From the human T2T-CHM13v2.0 reference genome, Homo sapiens, in the NCBI RefSeq assembly GCF_009914755.1, contig NC_060940.1: 64,000 nt of DNA. One strand, 5' to 3'. The position numbers and the translations under genes were made by a program. Below, piece after piece: positions 61,985 to 64,000 of the stretch. Position 1 is the first letter of the stretch; every line of letters starts with the position of its first letter. The notes beneath the pieces are model-generated. The model had not been told where the DNA came from. It searched no databases and worked only from the letters and a program-made list of their open reading frames with translations.

Positions 61985-62550
61985 GTATATTAGGAGTCTT
62001 TGGTTATAAGAGACAGAAAACTCACCTTAGACCAGCTTAAGGAAAAGAAAGGGAAATTGGCTGATGTCACTGGGAAGTCCAGGAGTAGGCTACCTTCAGG
62101 CATGGCTGGATCCGGGTGCTCAGACACTGTCATCAGGAAGCTGCCTTCCTCCGTCTCCCAACTCTGCTTTCCTCTGTTCATCCTCAGGAGGGCTCTCACC
62201 AGGTAGTGGCAAGATGGCCTTCAGCAGCCCCAAGATTTGTTGAGCCAGCTACACAGCCCTGATGGAAAGAGAAGCTTCTCTTTCCCTTTAATTCTCTAAA
62301 GTCTGGGGTAGACGTGTTATTGGCCTAGCTTGGGGCACATGACCATCCCTGAACCAGCCAGTGGTCAGAGGAATGTGACTCACTGATTGTCTAAGCTGGG
62401 GTCGCATGCCCAGCCTTGGAGCTGGGAGGGAGGGAGGGCCAGTTCCTTTTGAACCCCATCACCTGAGAGAGGGAAGAGGCGACCCTCAAAGGAAAGCCAC
62501 CAAAGAAGGGATGGTGGCTGGGTGGGCAGAAACAGCACAGGGCCACTCTC
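61985..62550. mobile_element. Degenerate MLT1-type LTR
   Basis: ttaggagtctttggttataagagacagaaaactcacc...ccttcaggcatggctggatccgggtgctcagac. Confidence 0.6.
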
Positions 62551-64000
62551 TGTAGCACTGTTGTTGCTGTTTTAAATCAGCTTTATTAAGATATAATTTA
62601 TATACAAAAAAACTCCCCAAGGGTTAGTGTATAATTCAATGAGTTTTGACAAAACTATAGAGTTGTGATCTAGACCCTGCTTTGTATTCCCTTGAACAAA
62701 TGACAGGACCCCCACAGCCTCCGTTTCGTCTCCTGTAAAACGAGATGGTCTTTCTTAAAATACAGAATTGTTTTCAGGATTGAATGAAATAGAACATGAA
62801 ATATCACGTGACCAAGCATAGTGCCTACCGTGTAACTGTACTCAGCAAACTGTAGTCAGTATTACAGGAGGTCATGCGTGTGAAGAGCATAGCATGCCGC
62901 CTGACACGTAGAGGTTCTCAGTGAATGAGTATTGTGTGTTACCTGGTTGTCTGGTTTCTTTTTCTGGCCTTATTTATGTTTTATCTTTCCCTTTCTTGGA
63001 AGAATAAAGCAGCTGTGACGCCTCTCTGCCTGCTGCCCAACTCCTTTGGCCCTTTTGCCCTTGAGAAATGGCCACAGGAATTTCTCTAAGGGTTTAAATT
63101 GATCAAGTTGGCTGCAAAGAATCATAAACCAGTCTTTCTCTGATTTGATTCAAGGAGAGAAAGAGCTTGCTTTGGGGGGGTGGGGGAGGGCAGTGGGGAG
63201 GGGGCACTTCATCAGGGCAGCAAGAATGTTTGCATCCGTGAAATGGAATTAAATTTTATGCTGGGAATTCACATTCCTTCTCTCCTCCCCCTAGGAATGG
63301 CCTGCTGGAATAAAGGTTCAAAGTTTTTCACTTATCAATTTTAATTGATTAGATTGCTAGTTGAGATCACTTAACTGAGCCTTTTTGGGTAGTTGGCCAT
63401 TAAGAAAGTAATGGCTGTTTGTCTTTGCCCAGCCTGATTGCAAATTATGTCTTTTGCTAAGGAGGGCGACTTTCAGAAAATAGTAGGGATTATGGAAGCA
63501 CGTGGTACTAGGATAAGATATGCCTGTATTGTTGGTTTATTTGGTTTTTTTCTTCTTTCCTTTTTTTTTTTTTTTTTTTTTGAGGGAGGGATTGTAAATG
63601 CTGGAGCTTCTCCTCACCTTCCATTGTGGGGGAAAATCACCCTACTGTGCAATCTGACCAAACGCCTTCTGTATACAAAATACAGGTGAAGGACAGGTGA
63701 AGCCATTCTTGCTTGCTGCATGACTGGAAGCTGGGCATGTTTTTGTCTCCCTGATGAACTTGAGAAAGCTGACTCCGGGAGAAATGTTAGGGACTGCTCA
63801 CCATTTACCTGACTCCATGTGGTCTGCTAGGCTTAAAGGAGTGCTGTCTCCAAACAGCAGGAAGAGGTGGCGTAAAGTGTATTCACTGCCCCTTGTCACA
63901 CTTCAGTAAGAAACAACAGCGTAAAGGATATTCCCCAGAAGCCACCCCAAGTGCTTGCTGACCAGCAGCAGGTCTCTCGGCTGGGTGTGACAGCCGAGCT

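Overview
Human (hominoid) genomic DNA from the middle of CLEC16A (chr16p13.13 by recall), transcribed on the + strand. Nine GT-AG coding exons (232, 133, 101, 123, 110, 45, 51, 129 and 121 nt; 1045 nt in total) splice into one open frame (AKPSIRCFIK...KTDDVLDL). By my recall of canonical numbering these are exons 11-19; the gene starts and ends outside the window. The introns are dense in Alu, L1, L2, MIR, MaLR LTR and Tc1/mariner-derived elements, often nested. Intron 13 holds a full-length, sense-oriented RPL7L1 retrocopy with an uninterrupted 246/255-codon ORF. I found no evidence of a novel multi-gene system. The best leads, all untested, are three: (i) the intact retrocopy ORF, which has an in-frame cryptic acceptor that could give a CLEC16A-RPL7L1 chimera; (ii) back-spliced circles starting at exon 12 that would be stop-free open frames, with inverted Alus flanking some of them; (iii) a candidate 51-nt cassette exon and a near-perfect MADE1 (miR-548-type) hairpin. 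Repeat subfamily names and exon numbers come from memory, not from a search, and the boundaries of old repeats are approximate.
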